This document shows, piece by piece, positions 20,114-30,476 of a stretch of 64,000 nucleotides of DNA. The position numbers and the translations under genes are program-made. The stretch comes from an uncultured Solirubrobacterales bacterium. GTDB taxonomy: Bacteria; Actinomycetota; Thermoleophilia; Solirubrobacterales; Solirubrobacteraceae. The notes below the pieces were generated by a model. The model did not search any database. It had not been told where the DNA came from and saw only the letters and a list, made by a program, of their open reading frames with translations. The stretch is from the NCBI GenBank assembly GCA_963699325.1, contig CAVOTN010000003.1, forward strand, positions 154,600 through 218,599, given 5' to 3'. Each line of letters begins with the position of its first letter. Positions within the stretch are counted from its first letter, which is position 1.

Positions 20114-20605
20114 TTAGTCGTCTGAGATCGCGGGTTGCCAGACCATCAGCAGCTGGCCCGTCGACGTTCGCCCTCGCGTCACGAAGCCGGCGCCGGCGTA
20201 GACATGCATCGCGGCAGAGTTCGTGTCGCCCACGGTCAGCGACAGCCCGACACCGCCTGCAGCGGCCGCGCGCGCCATGAGCGCCTGCATCAGAGTCGTC
20301 CCCAGGCCGGCGTCGCGCGCCTCCGGGGCGACGGCGATGATGACCTCGGCCAGCGGTTCACCGGTGGCGGCGTCATGCGCCAGGACTGGCTCGCCGTGCC
20401 GAGCCCACGCAGCGCCGACGAGCGTGCCGTCGTCCTCCCAGCCGACGCCCAGTTCGTCGCCCCAATCGTCGAGCCAGCGGACAACGGCGGGCAGCGCTTC
20501 CGCCTCGGCTTCGACACCAGGCTCGTGATCTGGCGGCAGCGACGCCATCACCGCGAACCGCGCCACCGCGGCGCGGTCACCCGGCGTCAGCGCTCGCAGG
20601 CCCAC
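20114..20605 (-). CDS. GNAT family N-acetyltransferase
   Basis: VAPEARDAGLGTTLM acetyl-CoA loop; NSAAMHVYAGAGF. Confidence 0.88.
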   Translation of the reverse strand: MGLRALTPGDRAAVARFAVMASLPPDHEPGVEAEAEALPAVVRWLDDWGDELGVGWEDDGTLVGAAWARHGEPVLAHDAATGEPLAEVIIAVAPEARDAGLGTTLMQALMARAAAAGGVGLSLTVGDTNSAAMHVYAGAGFVTRGRTSTGQLLMVWQPAISDD

Positions 20606-20642
20606 GACCTCATCATGACCGGCGACGCCGACGCCGGATGTC

Positions 20643-22217
20643 TCAGCCGGCGGCGACGGTGGCCTGGGGTGCGTCGGCCTCGGCGGGTGGACCGGCTCCC
20701 GCCGGCGGCGCGTGGTGCACGTCGACGAAGTCGCGCTGGCGGATCAGCAGGAACGTGAGCACGGCGGCGGCGAGCGCGGTCACCGCGCCGATCAGCAGGA
20801 TCGTGTTCAGCCCGTCGACGAAGCTGGCGCGGGCGGCGCCGAACGCGAGCTCGCGCAGATGGTTCGGGACCGCGGTCATCGCCTGGAGGATGCTGCCGTT
20901 GCTGACCGCCGAGGCGAGCGTGTGCGAACCGTGCGCAAGCGGGCCACCCGCCAGCTTCGAGATCATCGAGCTCGAGACCTCGCTGGCGAGGATGCTGCCG
21001 AGCGCGGCGACGCCGGTGGCGATCCCGATCTGGCGGAAGGTCGAGTTGATCCCGGACGCCATGCCGGCGCGCGCGGGCTCGACCACGCCGACCGCCGTCG
21101 AGGCCAGCGGCACGTTGACCAGACCGCAGCCGATGCCGCCGACGATCATCCCCGGCAGCAGGTGAGTCCAGTCGTCGCTCGGGGTGATGCCGCGCATCAG
21201 CAGCAGGCCGGCGCCGATCAGCACGAATCCGGGGGCGATCAGGAGCTTTGTGGGCACGTGACCGGTGAGGCGGCCGGCGAGCCCGGCGGTGAGGAAGATC
21301 GCGCCGGTGAACGGCAGGAGACGTATGCCGGTGTCGATCGCCGAGGACCCGAGCACGTTCTGGAGGTAGAGGACGAGGTACGTGAGCAGTGCGAAGATCG
21401 AGGCGGAGATCGCGAACGCCGCGACGAGGCCCCCGTTGAACGTCGGGACCCGCAGTAGCTTGAGGTCGAGCATCGGCGCCCGGGTGCGCAACTCGACGAC
21501 CACGAACACGGCGAGGAGAAGCACGGAGGCGGTCAGCGACCCGAGCACGGTGGTCGACCCCCAGCCGTCGGGATGGCTGCGGATCAATCCGTACACGAGC
21601 CCGGTGAGCCCGAGCGTGAACGTCACGAAGCCGAGCCAGTCGGGCCGATTCGCGACCGGCGCCTTGGATTCGGCCACCTCGCGCAGCGTGACGGCCAGCG
21701 CGAAGACCCCGATCGGGAGGTTCACGAAGAAGATCCACCGCCAGGAGAGCCAGCTCGTCAGCGCACCGCCGAGCACCGGGCCGACGGCCACCGCGACCCC
21801 TGTGACCGCGCCGAACACCCCAAACGCGACGCCGCGCTCGCGCGGTGGGAACGCGTCGGCGAGCAGCGCCAGCGAGGTCGCGAACATGATCGCGCCGCCG
21901 ATGCCCTGAAACGCGCGCGACAGCGCGAGGACGGTCGGATCGCCGGCCAGCCCGCACAGCGCGGACCCGACCGTGAATACAACGATGCCGACGGCGAACA
22001 CCAGCCGGCGGCCGACGAGGTCTGCGATCGACCCGGAGGTGAGCAGGAAGGCCGCGAGCGTCAGCGCGTACGCGTCGATGACCCACTGAAGATCCGCGAG
22101 CGAGGCGTGGAACGCCTGCTGGATGTACGGCAGCGCGACGTTGACGATCGTGATGTCCAGCAGCAGCATGAACACGCCGGTGCAGACGGCGAGCAGGGTC
22201 CACCACTTGCGAGCCAT
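20643..22217 (-). CDS. DHA2 family MFS efflux transporter
   Basis: LDITIVNVALP, WVIDAYAL, WRWIFFVNLPIG; about 14 TM segments. Confidence 0.95.
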   Translation of the reverse strand: MARKWWTLLAVCTGVFMLLLDITIVNVALPYIQQAFHASLADLQWVIDAYALTLAAFLLTSGSIADLVGRRLVFAVGIVVFTVGSALCGLAGDPTVLALSRAFQGIGGAIMFATSLALLADAFPPRERGVAFGVFGAVTGVAVAVGPVLGGALTSWLSWRWIFFVNLPIGVFALAVTLREVAESKAPVANRPDWLGFVTFTLGLTGLVYGLIRSHPDGWGSTTVLGSLTASVLLLAVFVVVELRTRAPMLDLKLLRVPTFNGGLVAAFAISASIFALLTYLVLYLQNVLGSSAIDTGIRLLPFTGAIFLTAGLAGRLTGHVPTKLLIAPGFVLIGAGLLLMRGITPSDDWTHLLPGMIVGGIGCGLVNVPLASTAVGVVEPARAGMASGINSTFRQIGIATGVAALGSILASEVSSSMISKLAGGPLAHGSHTLASAVSNGSILQAMTAVPNHLRELAFGAARASFVDGLNTILLIGAVTALAAAVLTFLLIRQRDFVDVHHAPPAGAGPPAEADAPQATVAAG

Positions 22218-22260
22218 CGGAGCTACCTCCTTTTCCTGAGCGTCGGGTCAGGATAACATA

Positions 22261-22280
22261 TATACTGAGTGGATGGTCAG
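22261..22280 (+). promoter_or_regulatory. Leaderless promoter and candidate TetR operator
   Basis: TATACT 6 nt before ATG 22273; imperfect palindrome CTGAGTGGATGGTCAG 22265-22280. Confidence 0.55.
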
Positions 22281-22935
22281 GAAATTGTCACCGCAGCGTG
22301 AACAGGCCGGTGAGGATGTAGAGCCGGCGCCGAAGCGACGGGGGCGGCCGCCCGCCGGGGGGCGCGAAGCGATCCTCGCCGCGGCGCTCCAGGTCATTCG
22401 CGAGCGCGGGATCGCGCGGCTGACCTCGCGTGAGGTTGCGGGCCTCGCCGGCGTCTCGGAGGCGAGCGTCTTCTACCACTACAAGGATCGCTTCGGCCTG
22501 CTCACGGCGGTGTTCGAGGAGGGCCTGCGGCCACTGCAGGCGCTCGCCGAAGGGGGCGTGCAGCCGGGCACCGACCCGCGATCGGTTCTGACCCTGTACG
22601 GGCGCACGCTCGAGGAGTTCCTGGACGGGGTGCTGCCGCTGATCGCGGCGGCCCAGTCCGACATCGAGCTCCGCGATTCGATGGCCGCCTACATGGCCGA
22701 GCACGACCTCGGGCCGCATCGAGGAGTGCGGGCGATCGGCGACTACTTCGCCGCCGAGCAGGCCGCCGGCCGGGTTCGCGCCGACGTCGACGCGCACGCG
22801 GTGGCGATGATGTTCATCGGCGCCTGCTACACGCGCTCGTCGCAGCGCCAGATGCCGCTCCCGAGCGCCGGGCTGCCGCCGCTCGACGACATCATCGAGG
22901 CGACGGTGGCGCTGATGGCGACGATCGCCGAGTAG
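22273..22935 (+). CDS. TetR/AcrR family regulator
   Basis: ILAAALQVIRERG..LTSREVAGLAGVSEASVFYHYKDR HTH; divergent from efflux pump. Confidence 0.95.
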   Translation: MVRKLSPQREQAGEDVEPAPKRRGRPPAGGREAILAAALQVIRERGIARLTSREVAGLAGVSEASVFYHYKDRFGLLTAVFEEGLRPLQALAEGGVQPGTDPRSVLTLYGRTLEEFLDGVLPLIAAAQSDIELRDSMAAYMAEHDLGPHRGVRAIGDYFAAEQAAGRVRADVDAHAVAMMFIGACYTRSSQRQMPLPSAGLPPLDDIIEATVALMATIAE

Positions 22936-23156
22936 CGGTCTCGGGTACGGATGCGGCCCGGATTCCCGTCCGGATGCGACGCCCGGCGGGGCGTATGATC
23001 CGAGACGTGCCCGGCTGACGTTAGAACCCTGCGCACCGCCGATTCCGTGCTCACTCCGCCCCGGAGCCTGAGGCGCTGGGTGGTGGTGCGCGTGCGCCTC
23101 CTGGGATGTACTAGGGCTGGGGTCGATCGCGTATCGCTTGGCGTGGATCGCGGCGA

Positions 23157-23699
23157 CTACGCCGGCATCGGCGCCGGCGCGCCCGGGCCGGCACCGGTTT
23201 CCGGCTCGGCGGACGTGCGTCCGGGCAGGTCGGTGGCGCGCTCGGCGTCCGACCGCTTGTGGTCGGCGTCGGCGTGGACGATCAGCACCGGGATCGGGCA
23301 GTGGTTGAGTGCGTAGTGGCTGACGCTTCCGAGTAGTGATGCGGTGAAGGCGCCGCGCCCGCGTGAGCCCATCACGAGCAGGTCGTAATCGGAGCTCTTG
23401 ACCCGGCCCATCAGGGCGTGCCGGATCGGCTTGCGGCTGATGATCGTGGTCACGGGGACGTCCTTCGGAACTCGCTTGACCGCCTGGCGCATGACGTCGA
23501 CGGCTTCCTTTTCGAGGTCGGCGGCGTTCAGGGCACACGCGCCGGCGGCCATCGCCGACGCGGCCCACACCGGGGGCTGGGTGATCGCGGTCAGGATCGT
23601 GAGGCGCGCCTGGTCGGCGCGGGCGATGTCGATCGCTTCGTCGAGGGCCCGGTCCGAATGGTCGGACCCGTCGATGCTGACGAGGATGTTGTGGAACAT
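23157..23699 (-). CDS. Universal stress protein
   Basis: ILVSIDGSDHS, DLLVMGSRGRG..LLGSVS, PVLIV. Confidence 0.95.
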   Translation of the reverse strand: MFHNILVSIDGSDHSDRALDEAIDIARADQARLTILTAITQPPVWAASAMAAGACALNAADLEKEAVDVMRQAVKRVPKDVPVTTIISRKPIRHALMGRVKSSDYDLLVMGSRGRGAFTASLLGSVSHYALNHCPIPVLIVHADADHKRSDAERATDLPGRTSAEPETGAGPGAPAPMPA

Positions 23700-23727
23700 A
23701 ACCGTTCCCCTAGATCGACGATAATGG

Positions 23728-23753
23728 TTAGCATGCCAAATATTAGCATGGCA
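23728..23753. promoter_or_regulatory. Candidate MarR operator
   Basis: ttagcatgcca / ttagcatggca repeats containing CATGC-N9-GCATG between divergent usp and marR. Confidence 0.5.
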
Positions 23754-23774
23754 GCCGCGATAATCTCAAGTGGC

Positions 23775-24224
23775 ATGGAGTCGAACGCCAGCACCGATTT
23801 CGTCACGGCGTTCGATGCACTGGCTCAGGCGGTCCGGCGGGCGCGGGGGGCGACGGCCGCGAACGGAGGCCTGACGCTGTCCCAGTACGGACTGCTCGAG
23901 GGTCTGACCGGCCGGCCGGCGGCGCGCGTCCAGGAGCTCGCCGGCGACGCCGGGGTCACGCCGTCGACCGCCACGCGAATCCTCGACGCGCTCGAGCGCC
24001 GCGGGGTCGTCCGGCGGGCTCGCTCGCCCGAGGATCGCCGCGTGGTGGCCGTCAGTCTCACCGACCTCGGCCGGGCGCTGCTCGAGGATCAGCAGGAGTG
24101 GTTACGGGGACGGCAGCAGTCGTTCTACGCCTCGCTCCCCCCGGCGGAGCGGGAGTTCGCGCCCGACCTGCTGCTGCGCCTGGCGGCGCTGATCGACGAA
24201 CTGGCCGCCGGTCCGCACGAGTAG
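23775..24224 (+). CDS. MarR family regulator
   Basis: LTLSQYGLL, ELAGDAGVTPSTATRILDALERRGVVRR..EDRR. Confidence 0.94.
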   Translation: MESNASTDFVTAFDALAQAVRRARGATAANGGLTLSQYGLLEGLTGRPAARVQELAGDAGVTPSTATRILDALERRGVVRRARSPEDRRVVAVSLTDLGRALLEDQQEWLRGRQQSFYASLPPAEREFAPDLLLRLAALIDELAAGPHE

Positions 24225-24230
24225 CGCCTG

Positions 24231-24256
24231 GCGTCGTCTAAGACGACGCACATAAT
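24231..24256 (+). promoter_or_regulatory. Perfect 19-bp palindrome followed by CATAAT
   Basis: gcgtcgtct-a-agacgacgc 24231-24249; CATAAT 24251-24256. Confidence 0.45.
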
Positions 24257-24337
24257 CGGGACACCGCTCGGCAACGATCGCCACGTGTGGCCTCCATATA
24301 AGTGCCGCTCCTGACTCGCAACGAGAGGAGTAGATAC

Positions 24338-26164
24338 ATGCGTAGGGTCACGAAGCTCGGGGTGGTCGCGGTGATCGCCTCCGGCGTGATCGGCGGCTCG
24401 GCGGCCGCCGTGTCCGCGCACTCGGATCGCCACGATCGCGGCGATCGCCACCATCAGCGGAGCGCGATCACTCATGTGCTGCTGATCTCGGTCGACGGTA
24501 TGCACCAGTCCGACCTCGACTGGTACATCGCCAACCATCCGGGGTCGGAGCTGGCCAGGCTCGCCTCCGGTGGCGCCGAGTTCACCAACAACCACACGTC
24601 GGACCCGTCGGACTCCGATCCGGGCGGCACGGCGATCATGACCGGCGGCGACCCCAAGGTCACCGGCATCTACTACGACGACGAGTACAGCCACGGCGTG
24701 TTCCCACCAGGGACGACGAACTGCTCCGGGCCGGTCCCGGGTGGCGACGTGATCTACGACTCGCCGGACGACATCCTTGCCAACGTGCCCGACCTGCTCA
24801 CGGGCAGCACCAGCAACACGTTCCCGTCGTTCGACGAGGGCGGTTCGATCTACCCGGGCGGCATTGACAAGAACCCGGCGCTGATCATGAACCTGAGTCC
24901 GCACCCGCAGTCGGGTCTGAACCCGGCGACGTACCCGGTCGACCCGAAGACCTGCAAGCCGATCCAGCCGTGGGACTTCGTGGGGGTCAACACGATCTTC
25001 CAGGTGATCCACGCCGCCGGCATGCGGACGGCATTTGCTGAAAAGCACGCGATCTACACGTCGTTCAACGGCCCGGGCTCGAACGGCATGAGCATCGACG
25101 ACTTCTTCGGGCCGGAGATCGACTCGCAGGCGGTAGAGCCGAACGGCGTGCCGTACCCGGTCGACGGCGCGTGGACGGCCGACGACGCCGCGACCAAGCA
25201 GTACGACTCGTACAAGGTCCAGGCGGTGATCAATTGGATCAACGGCTATGAGCACTCCGGCACCGGGCCGAAGGTCGGCACGCCGGCGATCTACGGGATG
25301 AACTTCCAGGCCGTCTCGGTCGCCGAGAAGCTGAAGCATTCCCCGACCACGCTGATCGGTCCGAACGCCCAGGGCAACTACACCGAAGACGCCGTCGGTC
25401 CCTGGCGGGTACGTGACCCAGAACGGCGTCCAGGTGCCCGGCCCGCTGCTGCAGAGCGCGCTCGACTACGTCAACGACGCCCTGCAGCGGATGGCACGAC
25501 ACGATCCAGGCCGACGGCGAGGCCGGCTCGACGGCGATCATCGTGACGGCCAAGCACGGCCAGTCGCCGCAGAACAACAGCCAGCTACAGCGGATCGACG
25601 ACGGTCCGATCATCTCCGGCGTCAACGCCGCCTGGGCGGCACTGCACCCGAGCAACCCGACGCTGGTCGTCCAGGAGGCCGACGACGACGGGCTGCTGTG
25701 GTGGCTCTCGGACCGCTCGCAGGCGGCGGCTGACTTCGTCAAGGACTACCTGTGGACGCATACAGCTCCGGCGGTCAACTTCGCCGGCCAGACGATCACC
25801 GTCCAGCACTCCGGCCTGGAGAGGATCTTCGCCGGCCAGGAGTCGGCGCGGTTCTTCGGCGTCCGCAACTCCGACCCGCATCACCCGGACGTGTTCGGCA
25901 TCTCGCAGGTCGGCACGATCTACACGACCGGCTCGAAGATCGCCGAGCACGGCGGCGACAACCCCGGCGACCGCGATGTGCCGCTGCTCGTCTACGCGCC
26001 CGGCGCGGTCCGGCCCAGCTCGTCGGATCGGTGGGTTGAGACGACCCAGATCGCGCCGACGATCCTGCAGCCTGCTCGGGCTCGATCCGCGCGCGCTGCA
26101 GGCGGTCCGGATCGAAGGGACGCAGGTCCTGCCCGGCATCGGGGGCGACCACGATCGCTGGTAG
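24338..26164 (+). CDS. Secreted alkaline phosphatase/nucleotide pyrophosphatase superfamily protein; three frameshifts (~25400, ~25497, ~26070)
   Basis: Signal peptide; LLISVDGMH, PSDSDPG, YGMNFQAVS, TAKHG, AEHGG, VPLLV, TTQIAPTIL split across ORFs 24302, 25413, 25543, 25976. Confidence 0.85.
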
Positions 26165-26184
26165 ATCCCTCGCGTAAGACAATT

Positions 26185-26223
26185 GATGGACGAGCGTGTC
26201 GAAACGCGGCACGCTCGTCCGTC
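26185..26223 (+). terminator. Stem-loop after phosphatase gene
   Basis: ggacgagcgtg 26188-26198 / cacgctcgtcc 26210-26220. Confidence 0.6.
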
Positions 26224-26269
26224 ATACGGTTGAAGCCGCAAAGCGAGCGGCCAACCCCAAGGAGGCGAG

Positions 26270-26668
26270 ATGCCCCAGTACATGCTCTTGATCTACAACC
26301 CCGCGGACGCCGGCGAGGCGACCCCGGAGCAGCTCCAGGAGATCGGGTCCCGTTACGACGCGTACACGCAGAGCCTCGTGGAGGCCGGCGTCTTGGTCGG
26401 CGGCGACGCCCTCGAGCGCGCGGACACCGCGACCACCGTCCGCGAGCGCGACGGACAGACGCAGTTCACCGACGGCCCGTTCGCCGAGACCAAGGAGTTC
26501 CTGGCCGGCTACTACCTGCTCAACTGCCCGGATCTCGATACCGCGCTCGATCACGCAACCCGCCTGCCGGCGGTTGGGTTCGGCGGCTCGGTCGAAGTGC
26601 GGCCGGTGTGGGACCGGACGGGACCGATGGCGACCAGCCAGGCGCAGACGGCACAGGCGGGCGCGTAA
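26270..26668 (+). CDS. YciI family protein
   Basis: MPQYMLLIY, TDGPFAETKEFLAGYY, GSVEVRPV. Confidence 0.93.
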   Translation: MPQYMLLIYNPADAGEATPEQLQEIGSRYDAYTQSLVEAGVLVGGDALERADTATTVRERDGQTQFTDGPFAETKEFLAGYYLLNCPDLDTALDHATRLPAVGFGGSVEVRPVWDRTGPMATSQAQTAQAGA

Positions 26669-26682
26669 TCGCTCTGTCAGCC

Positions 26683-26734
26683 CGCGGGGGGCGGTTCGGG
26701 CTGGCCTGGAGGCCAACTCGACCGACCCCCCGCG
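26683..26734. repeat. Inverted repeat upstream of fabH
   Basis: cgcggggggcggt / accgaccccccgcg. Confidence 0.55.
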
Positions 26735-26794
26735 TGTCGGGTTTGGGCCGCGTGGCCGTTGGCATCGGCCACTTCTTTGGCGACTGTGTCATGC

Positions 26795-27835
26795 ATGAGC
26801 ACGACGATGCCAACGCTCCAGACCGACCTCGTGTCAGAGCACACGTTCGCTCCGGCCGCCGCAGCCGACGGCGCCGCGATCGCGTCCGTCGGCGCGAGCC
26901 TCCCGCGTAGGGTCGTTCCCAACTCCGAGATCGCCGCCCGGATCGGCGTCAGCGACGAGTGGATTGTTCGCCGCACCGGGATCCGCGCGCGGCACGTGGC
27001 CGAGCCGGACGAGCGCCTCACCACCCATGCGACCAACGCCGGCGCAGCCGCGCTCCGCCGCGCGGGGGTCTCGCCCGAGCAGGTCGACCTGGTGCTGGTC
27101 GCCACCACCACCCCCGACGAGGTCATGCCGAACGCGGCGCCGCTCGTCGCCCACGAGCTCGGCGCGGTGCGTGCCGGCGCGTTCGACATCGGCGCGGCGT
27201 GCACGGGCTTCCTGTCGGCACTGGCGGTCGGCACCGGCCAGATCGAGGCGGGCCGCGCCCAGTGCGTGCTCGTCATCGGCGCGGACCTGATGTCGCGGAT
27301 CCTCGACCCCGACGACCGCACGACCGCGGCCGTGTTCGCGGACGGCGCCGGCGCGGTGGTGCTCACCGCGACGGCGGAGACGAGCCGGATCGGGCCGATC
27401 GTGCTCGGCGCCGACGGCGCGGGCGCGGACCACATCATCGTCCCGCGCGATGAGGGCGTGATCCGGATGCGGGGCCACGAGACCTTCCGCGAAGCCGTCG
27501 CGCGCCTGTCGCTGGCCACGGTCCAGGCCGCGCGTGCCGCCGGCACGAGGCTCGACGACATCGACCTGTTCGTCTACCACCAGGCCAACGGGCGGATCCT
27601 GAGCACCGTCGGCGAGCGGCTGGGCCTGCCGCCCGACCGCGTCGTCGACTGCATCTCCGAGTACGGCAACACCTCGGCGGCCACGCTCCCGCTGGCGCTC
27701 GCGCACGTCGAGAGCGCCGGCCTGCTCAAGCCCGGCCATCGGGTGCTGCTGGGTGCGTTCGGTGCCGGCTTCACCTGGGGCGCCACGGTCGTTGAATGGG
27801 GCCCGCCCACCCCGCCCACCCCTGGTGCCGCATGA
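26795..27835 (+). CDS. fabH: Beta-ketoacyl-ACP synthase III
   Basis: RRTGIRAR, DIGAACTGF (Cys), FADGAGA, HQAN (His), YGNTSAA (Asn); start uncertain. Confidence 0.93.
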   Translation: MSTTMPTLQTDLVSEHTFAPAAAADGAAIASVGASLPRRVVPNSEIAARIGVSDEWIVRRTGIRARHVAEPDERLTTHATNAGAAALRRAGVSPEQVDLVLVATTTPDEVMPNAAPLVAHELGAVRAGAFDIGAACTGFLSALAVGTGQIEAGRAQCVLVIGADLMSRILDPDDRTTAAVFADGAGAVVLTATAETSRIGPIVLGADGAGADHIIVPRDEGVIRMRGHETFREAVARLSLATVQAARAAGTRLDDIDLFVYHQANGRILSTVGERLGLPPDRVVDCISEYGNTSAATLPLALAHVESAGLLKPGHRVLLGAFGAGFTWGATVVEWGPPTPPTPGAA

Positions 27836-29055
27836 GCGGCCGCGTCCTGATCACCGGCGTCGGCGCGGTGACGCCGCTCGGCGTCGGCGCATCCGAGCTT
27901 TACGAGGGCTGGACCGCGGGCCGTACCGGCATCGAGGACGGCCTCGGCGCGTGCAACGACTTCGACCCGACCGACTTCATGACGGTCAAGGAGGTCCGCC
28001 GCAGCGACCGGTTTGCGCAGCTGGCGATCGCGGCGAGCACCCAGGCCGTCGCCGACGCGGGCTGGGACGACGACGACCTGCCCACGGACCCGGCCGACAT
28101 CGGGTGCGTGATCGGGTCGGGCATCGGCGGCATGTGGACGTTCGAGAGCCAGTGCGACGTGCTCCGTGACCGGGGGCCCGAGCGCGTCTCGCCGCTCGCG
28201 ATCCCGCTGATCATGGGCAACGCCGCCGCAGGGCTCGTGGCGATGCGCCATCACCTCGGCGGACCGGTGTTCGGCGTCATGTCCGCGTGCGCGTCGGGCA
28301 CCCACGCGATCGGCGAGGCCATGCGGATGATCAGAACTGGAGAGGCACAGGCGGTCCTCGCGGGCGGAGCCGAGGCTACGCTCACTCCGCTCGCGAAGGC
28401 TGCTTTTGGCGCGATGGACGCGACCTCGCCGACCGGGATCTCGCGGCCGTTCGACGCCCGGCGAGACGGGTTCGTGATGGGCGAAGGCGCCGGCGTGCTC
28501 GTGCTCGAGTCCGAAGAGCTCGCCAAGGAGCGCGGCGCGCGGGTGCTCGGCGAGGTGCTCGGCTACGCCTCCACCGCCGACGCCCACCACCTGACCGCGC
28601 CCGAGCCCACCGGCCGCCCGGCGTCGCGAGCGATCACCCGCGCGATGGCGGACGCGGGCGTCACACCCGAGGGCGTTCACTACATCAACGCGCACGGAAC
28701 CTCGACGCCGCTCAACGACCGCTCGGAGACCGAAGCGATCAAGCTCGCGCTCGGGGAGCGCGCCTACGACATCCCGGTGTCCTCGACGAAGTCGGCGATC
28801 GGCCACCTCCTCGGAGCGGCCGGCGCGGTCGAGGCGATCGTCACGATCCTGGCGCTGAACGCCCGAGTGGCGCCGCCGACGCTTGGCTATGAGGAGCAGG
28901 AGGAGGGGCTCGACCTCGACTACGTCCCCGACGGCCCGCGACCGCTCGTCGTCAACGGCAATGGACATGGATCCCCACCCACCCTCGTCGCGCTCTCGAA
29001 CTCGTTCGGGTTCGGCGGACACAACGCCGTCCTGTGCCTCGGAGGTGCGTCGTGA
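27832..29055 (+). CDS. fabF: Beta-ketoacyl-ACP synthase II
   Basis: SACASG (Cys), GFVMGEGAG, INAHGTST, KSAIGHLLGAAG, SNSFGFGGHN; ATGA overlap. Confidence 0.94.
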   Translation: MSGRVLITGVGAVTPLGVGASELYEGWTAGRTGIEDGLGACNDFDPTDFMTVKEVRRSDRFAQLAIAASTQAVADAGWDDDDLPTDPADIGCVIGSGIGGMWTFESQCDVLRDRGPERVSPLAIPLIMGNAAAGLVAMRHHLGGPVFGVMSACASGTHAIGEAMRMIRTGEAQAVLAGGAEATLTPLAKAAFGAMDATSPTGISRPFDARRDGFVMGEGAGVLVLESEELAKERGARVLGEVLGYASTADAHHLTAPEPTGRPASRAITRAMADAGVTPEGVHYINAHGTSTPLNDRSETEAIKLALGERAYDIPVSSTKSAIGHLLGAAGAVEAIVTILALNARVAPPTLGYEEQEEGLDLDYVPDGPRPLVVNGNGHGSPPTLVALSNSFGFGGHNAVLCLGGAS

Positions 29056-30476
29056 GCGTCACGCTCGCACCCACCACCGAGACCCCGCTGAACCCGATCG
29101 AGCGACTCGAGACGCTGTGCGATCCGGGGACGCTCGAGCTCATCCGCTCCGAGGTCATCTCGCCGACGATGGGAGAGAAGGCTCGCGCCGGTGACGGCGT
29201 GGTCGCCGGCGCCGGCCTGATCGACGGCCGCCCGGTGTTCTGCTACGCCCAGGACTCGACCTACGCCGGCGGGTCGCTCGGCGAACAGCACGCGAACACG
29301 ATCGTGCGCGTGCTCGAGCTGGCGGACAAGGCTCGGGCCCCGGTCGTCGGCTTCGTGTCCTCCGGCGGCGCGCGGATGCAGGAGGGCGTGGCCGCGCTCG
29401 GCGGCTACGGGCGCATCTTCCACCGGATCGTCAAGCTGTCCGGCCGCGTCCCGCAGATCTCGATCATCACCGGCCTGTCCGCCGGCGGCGGCGCGTACTC
29501 GCCGGCGCTGACCGACTGGGTCGTGATGACCGAGCAGTCGAGCATGTTCCTGACCGGGCCGGGCGTCGTCCGCGACGCGCTCGGGGAGGACGTCACCGCC
29601 GACGAGCTCGGCGGCACCCGCGTCCACGAGCGCAACGGCGTCTGTCACTTCGTCGCGCCCACCGACGTCAATGCGGCGTACCTCGCGCGCGAGCTCCTCG
29701 GCTACCTGCCCGCGCATCGCGGCGCGCGGCCGCCGGTGCTGCCGGCGCGGCCGCCGCTCGGGCACGACCCGGCGGCGCTCGTGCCCGACGACCCCCGGAG
29801 CGTCTACGACGTCCGTGACGTCGCCCGGGCGCTCGTCGACGGCGGCGAGCTGCTCGAGGTGGCGGCGGGATGGGCGCGCAACCTCGTCACCGGGTTCGCG
29901 CGGCTCGACGGCCGCAGCGTCGGCGTGATCGCGAACCAGCCGCGCTACCTCGGCGGGATCATCGACTCCGACGCCGCGCAGAAGGGCGCGCGGTTCGTCA
30001 ACAAATGCAACGCGTTCGGCGTCCCGCTGGTCGTGCTCGTCGACACCCCGGGCTACATGCCGGGCACCAAGCAGGAGCGCAACGGCGTGATCCGGTTCGG
30101 CGCCGAGTTCGTGCACGCTTTCGCCGCGGCGGAGGTTCCGCGGGTGACGCTGATCCTGCGCAAGGCGTTCGGCGGCGCGTACATCACGATGAACTCCAAG
30201 GACCTCGGGGCCGACTACGTGTTCGCCTGGCCGAACGCCCAGATCGGCGTGATGGCCGCGAGGTCCGCCGTCGGGATCATCAACCGCCGGGAGCTCGAGG
30301 CGGCTGACGACCCCGACGCTGTTCGCGACGCCCTCGCCGAGAGCTACGCCGAGACGAACCTGTGCCCGCGGGTCGCTGCCGCCGGCGGTCACATCGATGA
30401 GCTGATCAGCCCCGTCCAGACGCGTTCGCGCCTGAGCTGGGCGCTTCGATCGCTGGCGCCGGAGCGCGGCGAATGA
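29052..30476 (+). CDS. Acyl-CoA carboxylase carboxyltransferase (beta) subunit
   Basis: GDGVVAG, GGSLG, SGGARMQEG, AGGGAYSPALTD, MFLTGP, IANQP, DTPGY..G, RKAFGGAY; GTGA overlap. Confidence 0.94.
   Translation: MSVTLAPTTETPLNPIERLETLCDPGTLELIRSEVISPTMGEKARAGDGVVAGAGLIDGRPVFCYAQDSTYAGGSLGEQHANTIVRVLELADKARAPVVGFVSSGGARMQEGVAALGGYGRIFHRIVKLSGRVPQISIITGLSAGGGAYSPALTDWVVMTEQSSMFLTGPGVVRDALGEDVTADELGGTRVHERNGVCHFVAPTDVNAAYLARELLGYLPAHRGARPPVLPARPPLGHDPAALVPDDPRSVYDVRDVARALVDGGELLEVAAGWARNLVTGFARLDGRSVGVIANQPRYLGGIIDSDAAQKGARFVNKCNAFGVPLVVLVDTPGYMPGTKQERNGVIRFGAEFVHAFAAAEVPRVTLILRKAFGGAYITMNSKDLGADYVFAWPNAQIGVMAARSAVGIINRRELEAADDPDAVRDALAESYAETNLCPRVAAAGGHIDELISPVQTRSRLSWALRSLAPERGE

Noticed and set aside
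22938-23006. Small structured element (gtctcgg/ccgagac with inner hairpin) as a tRNA or ncRNA
   Set aside because: No T-arm, D-arm or CCA; lies between convergent genes, so most likely a terminator
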